A stretch of DNA of 64,000 bases from Clostridium sp. (GTDB lineage Bacteria; Bacillota; Clostridia; Lachnospirales; Lachnospiraceae). Positions within the stretch are counted from its first letter, which is position 1. Each line of letters opens with the position of its first letter. Positions 38,465-48,605 of this stretch are shown piece by piece. Below the pieces are notes generated by a model. It saw only the letters and a list, made by a program, of their open reading frames with translations. It did not search any database and was not told the origin of the DNA. A program made the position numbers and the translations under genes. Location of the stretch: NCBI GenBank assembly GCA_023664385.1, contig JAMPFU010000012.1, positions 12,117 through 76,116 of the forward strand. Direction: 5' to 3'.

Positions 38465-39013
38465 TCAGCCTTCCATCTGCCTTCCGAGGAAATTTGCAGC
38501 TATAACTGCAGCCTTCCATTCACTTTCCCCGACCGTTTTATCTCCGTCCTTGCTGAGTAAAATAACAGCGCCGATTGCGTCTCCCTCGCTTATGATAGTC
38601 TGAACAATTTGACCTGAATACTCATTTTCACCATTTCCGGTTATCTTGATAAACTTTTTTTCACCCTTCTTAGCAAAAATAGATTCCCTGTCATTGATGG
38701 CATCCTCAAGCTCCCTGTGCAGGCTTCTTCCCAGCAGCTCCTTTTTCGGAATGCCTGCAACCGCAATAATCTGATCCCTGTCACATACACATACCCCGCA
38801 GCCGAGTATCTGTGCCGCCGCCTCAACATACTGCTGTGCAAATGTGCCAAGCTCGCCTATGGGTGAATATTTTTTTAAAATTATCTCGCCTTCCTTATCG
38901 GTAAATATCTCCAGCGGGTCGCCTTCACGTATCCTAAGAACACGCCTTATCTCCTTAGGCACTACTATTCTTCCAAGCTCATCTATTCTTCTGACAATTC
39001 CCGTAGCCTTCAT
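38465..39013 (-). CDS. spoVT: Stage V sporulation protein T (AbrB-type N-terminal domain plus GAF)
   Basis: 'GIVRRIDELGRIVVPKEIRRVLRIREGDPLEIF', about 180 aa. It is adjacent to the hup/yab cluster. Confidence 0.8.
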   Translation of the reverse strand: MKATGIVRRIDELGRIVVPKEIRRVLRIREGDPLEIFTDKEGEIILKKYSPIGELGTFAQQYVEAAAQILGCGVCVCDRDQIIAVAGIPKKELLGRSLHRELEDAINDRESIFAKKGEKKFIKITGNGENEYSGQIVQTIISEGDAIGAVILLSKDGDKTVGESEWKAAVIAANFLGRQMEG

Positions 39014-39113
39014 TTCTTGTCATACCTCCATCATATTTTTTTCAATGTGATGTTAGTATCTGTAAGAAATGGGGATTTATGCACTTAAAAAAACAGTTTT
39101 TTCTTGTTTTAAG

Positions 39114-41591
39114 TTACCCCACCCATTTTCCAAGGGTAGTAAGAAGCTGCTTCAAATCCAAAGGCTTTGCAACATGCTCATTCATACCAGCTTCCTTTGC
39201 TTCACGTACATCCTCCGCAAATGCATTGGCTGTCATTGCTATAATCGGCACATTTTTTGCGTAATCTCCCGCCATTGCCCTGATTGTGCGTGTAGCCTCA
39301 TATCCGTTCATAACAGGCATTTGGACATCCATAAATATAATGTCATAGTAACCGTCCTCCACCTGCTTTAATTTTTCAACGGCAAGCTTACCGTTAGAAA
39401 CATGTTCAATCTCTATTCCCGTCATTCCGATAATTTCTTTCGCAATCTCTGCATTCAGCTCATTATCCTCAACGAGAAGCGCACGCTTCCCCTTAAAATC
39501 CTTTTTCTGCAAGCCCTCAAATGTTTGTGAAACGTCACTTACATGATTATCTGATTTTTCGGCAGCTTTTTTCCCATTATTCTGAAGCTTAAGGAATATC
39601 GTAACCGTAAATTTCGTACCCACGCCAAGCTTGCTTTCAACCTTAATGTCACCGTTCATCATGCTGACAATATTTTTTGCTATCGACATTCCAAGTCCCG
39701 TACCCTGCACCTTTTCAACTCGGGAATCCTTTGCCCTTGAGAACGGCACGTACAGCTTTTCCAAAAATTCTTCACTCATTCCAATGCCGTTATCCTCAAA
39801 TATAAATTCAAAGCAGCCTACTCTATGATTATTTGTAGGCTTTTCACTAGCGATAAGCTTAAGCTCGCCGCCATCAGGCGTATACTTAACGGCATTTCCA
39901 AGCAAATTCATAAAAACCTGCTGTATGCGCATACTGTCTCCGATTACATTTTCATGTTCCACATTGTTCATGGTAAGCGTAAAGCTATGGTGCTTATCCT
40001 CTATCTGCTGCTTCGACATTGTGACGATATTGTCAATCAGACTTGATAAATTTATATTTTCCGCAACAAGCTCAAGCTTGCCTGACTCTATTTTATTCAT
40101 ATCCAAAACTTCATTAATCAATCCAAGCAGATGATTTGAAGCTACCGTTATCTTATTGAGGCAATCCTCTACACGCGTTTTATCCTCCAAATGCTTTTTC
40201 GCAATGTTCGTCATTCCTATAATGGCATTCATAGGCGTTCTTATATCATGGCTCATGCTGGCAAGGAAATCCGTCTTGGCATTATTGGCACGGTTGGCAG
40301 CCTCGTAGGCATCATGCAGCGCCTTTGTAGCATTTAATTCCTTTCGTTTTTCAGTGTCAACACTTCTTACGGCATAAATCACGTTCGTTACATTACCACT
40401 TTTGTCCTTCTGCGACGGAATAAATGTTGCCGAACACCAGCCGTTGATGGTAGACAGATACTCGTATGTAAGAACGTTCTCATTATTTATTCTCTGCTGT
40501 AATGTATTGATATCCAAAAATGCGCGCATGGCATGTCTGTACTCGATTGTAACATATTCATTTAGTATGACATCAGCCGCCTCTCTATATTTTCCGCCTG
40601 ACCTTTCACGTACCAAATGCGCCCAATCAGGGACAGATATTTCAAATATCTCCCTGCTTTCCAAATTGATTTCCCATGAAGCAAAATATAAGCTGCTGAA
40701 GGATTTTGTTATTTCCATCTGCTTTGTGAGGCTGCGGTTAATCATGGCAAGCTCATTTCTCTTGATTGAGCTTTCCCTGATTACCTCCGTAATATCATTT
40801 GCAAATACAATAGCCATAACATGACCGTTTAAATCATTTCTTGAAAGCAGCGTGACTCTCCTGTAATAACGGTCTGTTTCCGTAATATAATACTCGCAGG
40901 CAATATGCGTATTTCCATTCTCAAATTGTCGGATAAGCTCCAGCGCTGTATTTTGATTTTGCAAATCAGGCGTTAAAAGCTCGGGCTTTTTTACCTTTTT
41001 CCACGCTTGAATCAAAGCATCATAGCTTGTTGGAAATGTAACATTATAAACCCCGCTAAAGGTTTTTCCGTTACTATACCTCACGTCATGATAAAGCATG
41101 CCGTCAGTAACATCAAAGCTGAAATCGAACAGACTGTTTGAAATAACAGCCTCACGATACTGCTTACGTTCCACCTTCAGCATATATTCCATATTTTCTT
41201 TTTCCGTAACATCCTGCATTACGCTTAAAATAAACCGTTTGCCGTCATCAAAGTCGAGAAGCTTTGTTTGACATTCAACAGTGATGAGGGCATCATCCCT
41301 AAGAATATGGTATTTATACTCACAGCTATCTCCCGGCTTTTTAAGTCCTGACGTAATCTCATATACCTTTTTTGAATCCTCGGGAACAATCGTCTCCTGC
41401 ATAACCTCACCAATGGTTTTTCCCTCGGCATCGTCATAATGAAACAATCTTTTAGCCTCAGTATTAAATATTAATATCTCACGCTCTGGAAGCGTGTATG
41501 CAAACACTCCACAGCTTAAGGAATCTGACATATATAGATGCATTGTCAACATGTTTTGAAGTTCTTTTATATCCACGGCACACACCTCCAT
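39114..41591 (-). CDS. Hybrid sensor histidine kinase/response regulator with PAS-like repeats
   Basis: HisKA 'SMSHDIRTPMNAIIGM', an HATPase region, and a C-terminal receiver 'RALLVEDNELN...DIIFMDVQMPVMNG'. Confidence 0.75.
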   Translation of the reverse strand: MEVCAVDIKELQNMLTMHLYMSDSLSCGVFAYTLPEREILIFNTEAKRLFHYDDAEGKTIGEVMQETIVPEDSKKVYEITSGLKKPGDSCEYKYHILRDDALITVECQTKLLDFDDGKRFILSVMQDVTEKENMEYMLKVERKQYREAVISNSLFDFSFDVTDGMLYHDVRYSNGKTFSGVYNVTFPTSYDALIQAWKKVKKPELLTPDLQNQNTALELIRQFENGNTHIACEYYITETDRYYRRVTLLSRNDLNGHVMAIVFANDITEVIRESSIKRNELAMINRSLTKQMEITKSFSSLYFASWEINLESREIFEISVPDWAHLVRERSGGKYREAADVILNEYVTIEYRHAMRAFLDINTLQQRINNENVLTYEYLSTINGWCSATFIPSQKDKSGNVTNVIYAVRSVDTEKRKELNATKALHDAYEAANRANNAKTDFLASMSHDIRTPMNAIIGMTNIAKKHLEDKTRVEDCLNKITVASNHLLGLINEVLDMNKIESGKLELVAENINLSSLIDNIVTMSKQQIEDKHHSFTLTMNNVEHENVIGDSMRIQQVFMNLLGNAVKYTPDGGELKLIASEKPTNNHRVGCFEFIFEDNGIGMSEEFLEKLYVPFSRAKDSRVEKVQGTGLGMSIAKNIVSMMNGDIKVESKLGVGTKFTVTIFLKLQNNGKKAAEKSDNHVSDVSQTFEGLQKKDFKGKRALLVEDNELNAEIAKEIIGMTGIEIEHVSNGKLAVEKLKQVEDGYYDIIFMDVQMPVMNGYEATRTIRAMAGDYAKNVPIIAMTANAFAEDVREAKEAGMNEHVAKPLDLKQLLTTLGKWVG

Positions 41592-41718
41592 ACAGGTTAT
41601 GTGAAAATTTATTTTCCAAGATTATATTTAATCTTCTCCTAATAATATATGCTTTAATTATAGTATGAATTCTTGGGAAAGTAAAGGAGAATTGGGAGGT
41701 GCAGCAGCCCCCCCGAAA

Positions 41719-43806
41719 TCACTGCAGCAGCATATTTCCTGACAATAATGAATTAAAGCTATATTTATCAAATGCATGTATTCCCAGCAAATTTAACAGC
41801 AACGGCAAAATAACAATCAGAGATACAAGAATCATTGCGTAATTGCTGTTTTTTATGCATTTGCACAGCAAGGCAGTCACAATACTTATTACACAAATTG
41901 CGGTAAATCTTATCATCCACAACAACGCACAATATCCCCATATACTGATGTTTCCATTTACATTCGAAAGGCGCATAATAGAAACACAGCTTATGTTTCC
42001 ATTTGTAAGACCAAATTCCCAATTCGCCCATAATAGTTCTGTCAGATACATAAGCAGGAACATTATAGCAATATATAGCAATATAATACCTGCTTTTTTT
42101 ACTTGAAGCTGTTTATGCTTCGCACTTATATTTATAAGTTTATCCATTCCGTATCGGTATTCCTCACCATACATAAATGCAACACCAATGAGTACGGCAA
42201 ACATCAATATTGCTGCATTTTTAACATCGTTTCTATATGTATCACTTCCAAATAAATAGTTCCAGCCCCTGTCATATACAAACTCAACATCAGACTCCTC
42301 CCGGGACAATATATAATCTACATATTTTTTGCATCTTAAAACAGCATTTTCCTTTTTCAGTTCATTCTGAAGCCGCTCACTCAAATTTTCATATTCTGTA
42401 TACGATATAATGTCATTGTTATATTTATAATCCAATTCTTCCAATTTCTCATGCAATTCCTGCATTCTTAAAACTTCCGAATTGATAAATTCAACCTTAA
42501 CATCCGTAACCTCACCCTCAATCTGCTTCATGTAACTACGATAATACAGCTCATTTTCATACCACCTTGCATGTTTGTCCTTATATGTAACAAACTGAAG
42601 GACTAAAATTGCAATAAGCACAAAAATAACCTTATACCCAAATAAAAATTTATACCCATCAAGCGTGGTCAGTCCGTAAATCTTTCCTTTTTTCCATTTT
42701 CCCCTGTATTTTGCAACATTCCTGTATTCGGTTTCTTTCCGTACAAAAACATATGTGCAAATATATAAAACAGCAATTATTAAGACAGCAAAAAGTAAAA
42801 TGTCCACAAAAATTGCTGATATGGGTTTATTCAATATGTTATAGTTGTAATACTGGTAAAAACCGTCTAAGTCCAGCATGTTTATGATTGTGATACGCTT
42901 CAAAAACATGTTGTGAAACAATTTCCCGGAAACATATGTCGAAAACTCCACAGCACATAATATGCCAAAGAGCACATACATAATAACTTCATTCGATGAA
43001 AGAATTGCAAATAACACAGCCAATGCGGTAAGAACACCATATGTAAATATTTTGTGGACTCCTGCACTTACAACAAAACTGCCTATGCTCTGACCGATAG
43101 CGGTTTTTGCATAGCCTAACATAGACTGCACCGGTGCATCAAAGGAAATTTCACCATACAATCCTACAGCCATAACAATATTGACAGCATATACAACAAT
43201 TCCAAATAAACCGACATATAAAAATGCGGCTAAAGCCTTTGTAAATATCAGTCTTCCATCGCCATATCTTGTCGCCTTGAGAAGATTCAGCACTCCGCTT
43301 TTTTTATCCTGCATAACCAAAGCATTGACAGTTATGATTATTACAACAAACACAATGATATCTGTTGCAAAAAAATTTATTGCACGTTCTAAGCCGTAGC
43401 TTCCTGTAAATTGTGGTACAACCTCCTTAAATTTTGAATAATCGCCTTTTGTTTTTTTGAAATTATTTTTTGAAAACTCATCCTGAAAAATAGAAACCTG
43501 ACTGCTTTCATCTGCATTATCCATAACTTCCTGCACGTACAAGTTATACTCCTGTACAGACACGTATTCATCAAATAGTCTTTTATACAAGGGCGCTTCC
43601 ATATCATTCATGTAATGCTCAAAAAAAATATCTGTCTGCTCCCCTGCTTCTTTTTTCGCCTGTCTGTACTCTGACGGACTGATTTCATCCATCGAAAAAG
43701 AAACAAGCAACACTCCAATATTTAGTAACAGCATACCGCACATAACCAGCCATAATTTCCGGTTATTAAAAATCCGGAATATTTCATTTCCGACAAATCC
43801 GCCCAT
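41719..43806 (-). CDS. Large polytopic ABC transporter permease
   Basis: 695 aa with many TM helices, directly downstream of an ABC ATPase gene. Confidence 0.5.
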   Translation of the reverse strand: MGGFVGNEIFRIFNNRKLWLVMCGMLLLNIGVLLVSFSMDEISPSEYRQAKKEAGEQTDIFFEHYMNDMEAPLYKRLFDEYVSVQEYNLYVQEVMDNADESSQVSIFQDEFSKNNFKKTKGDYSKFKEVVPQFTGSYGLERAINFFATDIIVFVVIIITVNALVMQDKKSGVLNLLKATRYGDGRLIFTKALAAFLYVGLFGIVVYAVNIVMAVGLYGEISFDAPVQSMLGYAKTAIGQSIGSFVVSAGVHKIFTYGVLTALAVLFAILSSNEVIMYVLFGILCAVEFSTYVSGKLFHNMFLKRITIINMLDLDGFYQYYNYNILNKPISAIFVDILLFAVLIIAVLYICTYVFVRKETEYRNVAKYRGKWKKGKIYGLTTLDGYKFLFGYKVIFVLIAILVLQFVTYKDKHARWYENELYYRSYMKQIEGEVTDVKVEFINSEVLRMQELHEKLEELDYKYNNDIISYTEYENLSERLQNELKKENAVLRCKKYVDYILSREESDVEFVYDRGWNYLFGSDTYRNDVKNAAILMFAVLIGVAFMYGEEYRYGMDKLINISAKHKQLQVKKAGIILLYIAIMFLLMYLTELLWANWEFGLTNGNISCVSIMRLSNVNGNISIWGYCALLWMIRFTAICVISIVTALLCKCIKNSNYAMILVSLIVILPLLLNLLGIHAFDKYSFNSLLSGNMLLQ

Positions 43807-43812
43807 AACACA

Positions 43813-44673
43813 TCACCCTCCAAACACATAAAGATATACATCTTCCAAATCAGGTTTGACGTTTAATGCATCCCCATTGGGAGCGTGTTCGGATAGAAAG
43901 CGTATTTTAGTATTGTCCCCATATCGAACAGCACTGGAAACTAAATATTGATTCATATACTCTCCAGCTTTCGCAGTATCAACCGTCAATTCCCATACCT
44001 TTCCCTCAAGCTGCTGCTGCATAGTTTCAGGCGAACCAATTTCAACAATTTCGCCCTTTTTCAATAAGATTACTTTATTTGCAATATATTCTATATCCTG
44101 TACAACATGGGTTGCTATCAGTATAATTTTATCCTCCGCATTTTCTGCAATCAGATTTCTTGCATGGATACGTTCCTTCGGGTCAAGTCCGGCTGTAGGT
44201 TCATCAAATACTACAATTTTAGGGTTTCCTAAAAATGCCTGTGCAATCAGAAGCCGCTGTTTCATCCCCCCTGAATATCCGCCTATTTTCTTGTCAAGAA
44301 CATCCAATAAATTGACCTTACCTGCAATTATTTCAATAGCCTCCTGCAGCTCATTTTTGTTCATACCCTTAAGCAATCCCATATAATTCAAGAATCTACG
44401 TCCCGTAAAAAACGGAAATAATCCCTGCTGTTGGGGCATATAACCAAGTATTCCCTTATATGTGTCTCCCATTTTGGAAATATCCATCCCATCCATGCAA
44501 ATACGTCCTGCTGTTGGACGTATATTTTGCACCAACAGCTTCATAAGCGTAGATTTACCTGCACCATTTGGTCCTAAAAGCCCGTATATTCCCGCTGTAA
44601 GCTGACAGTTGACCCCATTGAGTGCTACAAGACTTTTATATTTTTTTGATAATGCTTCAAACTCTAACTGCAT
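43813..44673 (-). CDS. ABC transporter ATP-binding protein
   Basis: Walker A 'GPNGAGKSTL', signature 'YSGGMKQRL', Walker B 'VVFDEPTAGLD'. Confidence 0.85.
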   Translation of the reverse strand: MQLEFEALSKKYKSLVALNGVNCQLTAGIYGLLGPNGAGKSTLMKLLVQNIRPTAGRICMDGMDISKMGDTYKGILGYMPQQQGLFPFFTGRRFLNYMGLLKGMNKNELQEAIEIIAGKVNLLDVLDKKIGGYSGGMKQRLLIAQAFLGNPKIVVFDEPTAGLDPKERIHARNLIAENAEDKIILIATHVVQDIEYIANKVILLKKGEIVEIGSPETMQQQLEGKVWELTVDTAKAGEYMNQYLVSSAVRYGDNTKIRFLSEHAPNGDALNVKPDLEDVYLYVFGG

Positions 44674-44710
44674 GTCATTTCTCCGTTCTTATCCTAACCA
44701 TAAGCATCTC

Positions 44711-46015
44711 CTACTTAATATCAATCCATGTCAGACTCTTTAACTGTTCCTCTGTTAAATCCTCGTAAGGGATATAATTTTCTTCAAGGAATACGCTCCA
44801 GTTTCTTACCGCATAATTGCTTATGTCGCCCGGCAACAAATCCCCAGCCTTATAGCCCGTATAGTCCGTTGCATCTATGTAAATAATATTTTTATCACGA
44901 TCTACCTTCTTTGTATCCGATATATAGGTTCCCTCCTGCGTAAACGATGTCTTTGCTATGTACCATCGGTCTTCCTCACAATCATACAGTGCCTTGAGAT
45001 ACTCCGAAGCTACTACATGCATATATCCCCCAAGCCAGTCAACTCTTGCATCCTCAGCAGTAAACAGCTCCTTTGTATCAGCAAAACGGTCATCACACTC
45101 CCACATCGTAATCACATCTGTTGGAAAATCCGTAGTCTGCACATATTTCTTATTTTTGTCTGCAAAAAATTTCGGATAAGCAGTTTCAAAGGTTCTAAGC
45201 TCAACTGTATCTCCTGTCTGTATATTTATTTCCTCTATTTTATCCACTACTATTGCCGTCATTTTGCTCTTTGCTATTTCATGTATATCTTCAAGATCTT
45301 CCGCTGATTCAACAGTAAAAGTTACTGTACCATCACTAGCATTTGTATACCCATAATCAATATATAACGTGCCCCTATCACTGATTCCGATGATATCTAC
45401 ACCTTCCGAAGATATTCCATCCATATGAGGATAATTCTTTATGCATTTTAATTTATTCCAGCGGACATTGTATGCATATATGGCATTATCCAAATTATAT
45501 GTGTTTAATTGAATTTCTCCATTATGCGTGTGTGCCGCAAAATATATTGTATCCCCCACGGCTATCATATTATGAACTCCGCCGGAATCTGCCATATAAA
45601 TTTCCTTCCTACCCCCTCCATTGTTTCCTAACCTTATTAATTTACTATAACCTTCATAAAATGCTTCCCCAGCTTCATTAATAGAAATATCACTATCACC
45701 ATATGATATATATATGTAATCCCCATAAACCAACAGTTCGATTCCCAACCCCGGAATATAAGCATTACATGTATTATCATTGTGTTCACAGTTTGCCCGA
45801 TTACAGACTACCGCCTTTTCCCCTGTAGCATTATCCATAAAATATAAACGTTCGTCTTTAACATAATACATTCCATCCTCACTAAATGTCTGTCCGTGTC
45901 CACTATACACAATTTCATCAGGAAATTTTTGATTCAACTTGACTGCTATGAATATCCCGACAGCCAAAGCAGCAATAACAAGCAGACAGACACAACATTT
46001 TATGATTTGTTTCAT
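44711..46015 (-). CDS. Secreted/membrane-anchored hypothetical protein, possibly a DUF5050-like beta-propeller
   Basis: N-terminal TM/signal, then recurrent 'YIYISYGDS', 'TIYFAAH' and 'NIIYIDATD' blades. Confidence 0.4.
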   Translation of the reverse strand: MKQIIKCCVCLLVIAALAVGIFIAVKLNQKFPDEIVYSGHGQTFSEDGMYYVKDERLYFMDNATGEKAVVCNRANCEHNDNTCNAYIPGLGIELLVYGDYIYISYGDSDISINEAGEAFYEGYSKLIRLGNNGGGRKEIYMADSGGVHNMIAVGDTIYFAAHTHNGEIQLNTYNLDNAIYAYNVRWNKLKCIKNYPHMDGISSEGVDIIGISDRGTLYIDYGYTNASDGTVTFTVESAEDLEDIHEIAKSKMTAIVVDKIEEINIQTGDTVELRTFETAYPKFFADKNKKYVQTTDFPTDVITMWECDDRFADTKELFTAEDARVDWLGGYMHVVASEYLKALYDCEEDRWYIAKTSFTQEGTYISDTKKVDRDKNIIYIDATDYTGYKAGDLLPGDISNYAVRNWSVFLEENYIPYEDLTEEQLKSLTWIDIK

Positions 46016-46109
46016 ACCTTTTCTCCTTTATCTTGAACATTACCGCATCCTGATTTTACCTCGCAATATGCTCCAATTTACAAAGTAAATCGAGAACTAC
46101 ACCTATTGA

Positions 46110-46170
46110 AAACAAAAAGCAGAAATGGGCTGCCGCAATATAAATATCCTTAATACGGCAGCCATTTCCA
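46110..46170 (-). terminator. Terminator hairpin after the small secreted protein gene
   Basis: aaatgggctgccg / cggcagccattt is followed by a T-rich run on the minus-strand RNA. Confidence 0.4.
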
Positions 46171-46180
46171 CCTTATAAAT

Positions 46181-46564
46181 TTAATAATTTACCGTACATG
46201 ACCCGTATACTTTACTTGGATTTTTTGCATATTTCATTATCGCAATAGCCTCATACTTTCCTAGTGAAGGTGTGGAACTGGTTTTAAAATCGTAATTTTT
46301 CTCGGATACGGTTACTGTTATCAATCCGCAATCTCTGTCTGCTGTAAACCTATTTTCAACATAGGAATCGTGAATTGACAAACGCATTTTCCCAAGCAAC
46401 TTATCATTTCCATTTTCCCGGACATATAATGTATATGCTGTTATGGACTCGCGCATCCCCGTTCCAACAGTCTCAGCATCTGCTTTAATACATACCATGC
46501 TTACCACCATAAACATTGCCATCATAGCTGCCATTATTTTTTTCTTAAACGTGTTTTTTTTCAT
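46181..46564 (-). CDS. Small secreted hypothetical protein
   Basis: Signal peptide 'MKKNTFKKKIMAAMMAMFMVVSMVCIKADA'. The ATG at 46564 follows AAGGGGAGA; the ORF track extends to 46654. Confidence 0.4.
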   Translation of the reverse strand: MKKNTFKKKIMAAMMAMFMVVSMVCIKADAETVGTGMRESITAYTLYVRENGNDKLLGKMRLSIHDSYVENRFTADRDCGLITVTVSEKNYDFKTSSTPSLGKYEAIAIMKYAKNPSKVYGSCTVNY

Positions 46565-47007
46565 TAAAATCTCCCCTTTGCATTTTTTATTTTTATTAAT
46601 GTATATCGATGGAATGCTTAGTTTGAACAAACTATCCTCGATGTATCTGCGCATCCTTACAGTGTCAAAGACAGTTCGTCCCTTAATATCCTCCCCTCTA
46701 TATTAATTTTCCACCGTATCGCTACATTTTGTAAGATAATATATTAGAATTAATAGGGAATTTACTTTCCCTATTATGCTTATGAATTGAATATAACACT
46801 TTAAAACTATATTGTCAATAAATGTCATAAGGTGCCGTATACCATATTCATATTTGATACAACAGAACTGAAAATCTATTAAACGCAATTGTCATAAATG
46901 AAAACATATGGTAGAATACGAACGAGGAACAATCGTGTTACAAGGTGGTAACCTCCCAAAACTTCATGCCCGATTTGCCGGAGTACATAAGAGGGGAGGT
47001 GGCGCAA

Positions 47008-47124
47008 ATGACAGCTTTTGAAATCATTTCGATTTTCATAGGCATATTGGCTTTGCTAATTGCCTTTGGTGGTTTTGTTATAGCGTTGCTTGCCTTTCTC
47101 GATAAGAGGAACAAGCGAAAATAA
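47008..47124 (+). CDS. Candidate type I toxin: 38-aa hydrophobic holin-like peptide (Hol_Tox-like)
   Basis: Not in the ORF track because it is under 60 aa. The translation is MTAFEIISIFIGILALLIAFGGFVIALLAFLDKRNKRK*, and the strong SD GGGGAGGTGG lies 6 nt upstream. It is a single TM helix with a basic tail. The 5' UTR contains a CCUCC stretch able to pair with the SD. Confidence 0.5.
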   Translation: MTAFEIISIFIGILALLIAFGGFVIALLAFLDKRNKRK

Positions 47125-47128
47125 AATA

Positions 47129-47215
47129 AGCCTACCTTGTTACTTAGCCGGTACAGGTAGGCTCATTTAACCAACCGGGAGGCTAACCACTTTGTGGGCG
47201 GTTGCTTCCTCTTTT
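47129..47215. terminator. Two stem-loops downstream of the toxin ORF. The first has a perfect 11-bp stem, agcctacctgt/acaggtaggct. They could act as terminators on both strands
   Basis: Seen in the sequence. On the minus strand, hairpin 1 is followed by TATTTTATTTT. Confidence 0.4.
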
Positions 47216-47223
47216 ATGTACAC

Positions 47224-47252
47224 ATAATATCATATTAGGAATTTTGTTTCAA
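47224..47252 (-). promoter_or_regulatory. Antisense promoter TTGAAA-N17-TATTAT reading into the toxin 3' end (candidate antitoxin sRNA promoter)
   Basis: The reverse complement of 47224-47252 gives TTGAAAcaaaattcctaatatgaTATTAT. The predicted ~95-nt antisense RNA would end at the hairpin-1 terminator, overlapping the last toxin codons. Confidence 0.3.
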
Positions 47253-47349
47253 GGGTAAGTTATCTATTTTTCCGAATGGACAGACTCAATCCTTTTTGAA
47301 AGCGCCATCATCTATAATTAAATCTAATACAACCTTTTATTTATACTGA

Positions 47350-47390
47350 CATAGGAAAACCTCCGAAACACAAGGTTTCAGAGGTTCTGA
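47350..47390 (-). terminator. Terminator after rpsI
   Basis: aacctccgaaac / gtttcagaggtt (with a G-U wobble) is followed by TTTTCC on the minus-strand RNA. Confidence 0.4.
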
Positions 47391-47423
47391 GTCTCTCTTA
47401 TATTTGATAAGAATATCTCCAAA

Positions 47424-47825
47424 TTATCTCTTGGAGAACTGTGGTGCACGTCTTGCTGCCTTGAGACCATATTTCTTTCTTTCCTTCATACGTGGATCCC
47501 TTGTTAAGAAGCCTGCCTTCTTGAGTGCTGGTCTGTAATCAGCGTCTGCCTGAAGAAGAGCTCTTGAAATACCATGTCTGATTGCTCCTGCCTGACCTGT
47601 AAATCCACCACCATGAACATTAACAAGCACGTCAAACTTTCCTGTCGTACCTGTTGTTACAAATGGCTGCTGAACGATTACCTTAAGCGTATTTAATCCG
47701 AAGTAATCATCCATGTCCTTTTTATTTATCGTTATTTTTCCGGTACCTGGTACGAGATATACTCGTGCGATACTGCTTTTTCTTCTACCTGTTCCGTAAA
47801 ATCTTGTACTCTTAGCCACGAACAT
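47424..47825 (-). CDS. rpsI: 30S ribosomal protein S9
   Basis: Sequence identity pattern ('[19 protein letters not shown]'). Confidence 0.95.
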   Translation of the reverse strand: MFVAKSTRFYGTGRRKSSIARVYLVPGTGKITINKKDMDDYFGLNTLKVIVQQPFVTTGTTGKFDVLVNVHGGGFTGQAGAIRHGISRALLQADADYRPALKKAGFLTRDPRMKERKKYGLKAARRAPQFSKR

Positions 47826-47836
47826 TTCCTCCCTTA

Positions 47837-48271
47837 CTAATACTTAATCTCTAAAGTCTCAGGCTTCTGTGCCTGCTGCTTATGCTCAGGTCCTGCATAT
47901 ACATGAAGCTTCTTAATCATTTGTCTGCCAAGTGGTCCCTTTGGAAGCATTCCCTTAACTGCAAGGTAAATAACATCCTCCGGCTTCTTAGCGAGCTTTT
48001 CCTTAAGCGTCTGCTCCTTCATTCCGCCAACATAATCAGAATGATGATAATAAATCTTCTGCTCAAGCTTCTTGCCTGTAACCTTAATCTTATCAGCGTT
48101 GACTACTACTACATAATCACCTGTATCCATATGAGGTGTAAATGTCGGCTTGTTCTTTCCTCTTAAAATACTTGCTATTTCAGATGATAAACGACCTAAT
48201 GTATGTCCCGTGGCATCAACTACATACCACTTTCTTTCAATGTTTGATGGGCTTGCCATAAAACTTTTCAT
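47837..48271 (-). CDS. rplM: 50S ribosomal protein L13
   Basis: '[29 protein letters not shown]'. Confidence 0.95.
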   Translation of the reverse strand: MKSFMASPSNIERKWYVVDATGHTLGRLSSEIASILRGKNKPTFTPHMDTGDYVVVVNADKIKVTGKKLEQKIYYHHSDYVGGMKEQTLKEKLAKKPEDVIYLAVKGMLPKGPLGRQMIKKLHVYAGPEHKQQAQKPETLEIKY

Positions 48272-48535
48272 TGTGGTTCCTCCTTAAATTAATCCAAACT
48301 ATATCATAGAACGACACGTCTCAAACGCCTCGTCCATAGGAAATAAATTCTTCCTACATCATGCAGACAAATATAATCTTAGCCGAAATGTCCGAAACAG
48401 CTCATATACCACGCCTGCAGCTATCATTTACATTTTCAAAATCAATGGAGTTCAAATGAAAATGTAAACACAAAAGACTACACATGGCGCCGGGGCTTTG
48501 GTGCCATATACAGTCACACTTTTACACAATTAAGT

Positions 48536-48564
48536 ATTATATTACACTCACCCAAGTGTGTCAA
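48536..48564 (-). promoter_or_regulatory. Consensus sigma-A promoter TTGACA-N17-TATAAT about 260 nt upstream of rplM (the long leader is a candidate L13-leader-type regulatory RNA)
   Basis: The reverse complement reads TTGACAcacttgggtgagtgtaaTATAAT. Confidence 0.45.
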
Positions 48565-48605
48565 TGTTTTATCGAAAAAAATTACCAAAAAAATTCATCC
48601 CAGCC

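Noticed and set aside
46021-46045. A 16-17-mer (ttgaacattaccgcat) shared between the 5' regions of the DUF5050-like gene and adk (57436-57452)
   Set aside because: A single exact 16-mer match is near the chance expectation for 64 kb of AT-rich sequence on two strands. There is no supporting structure.
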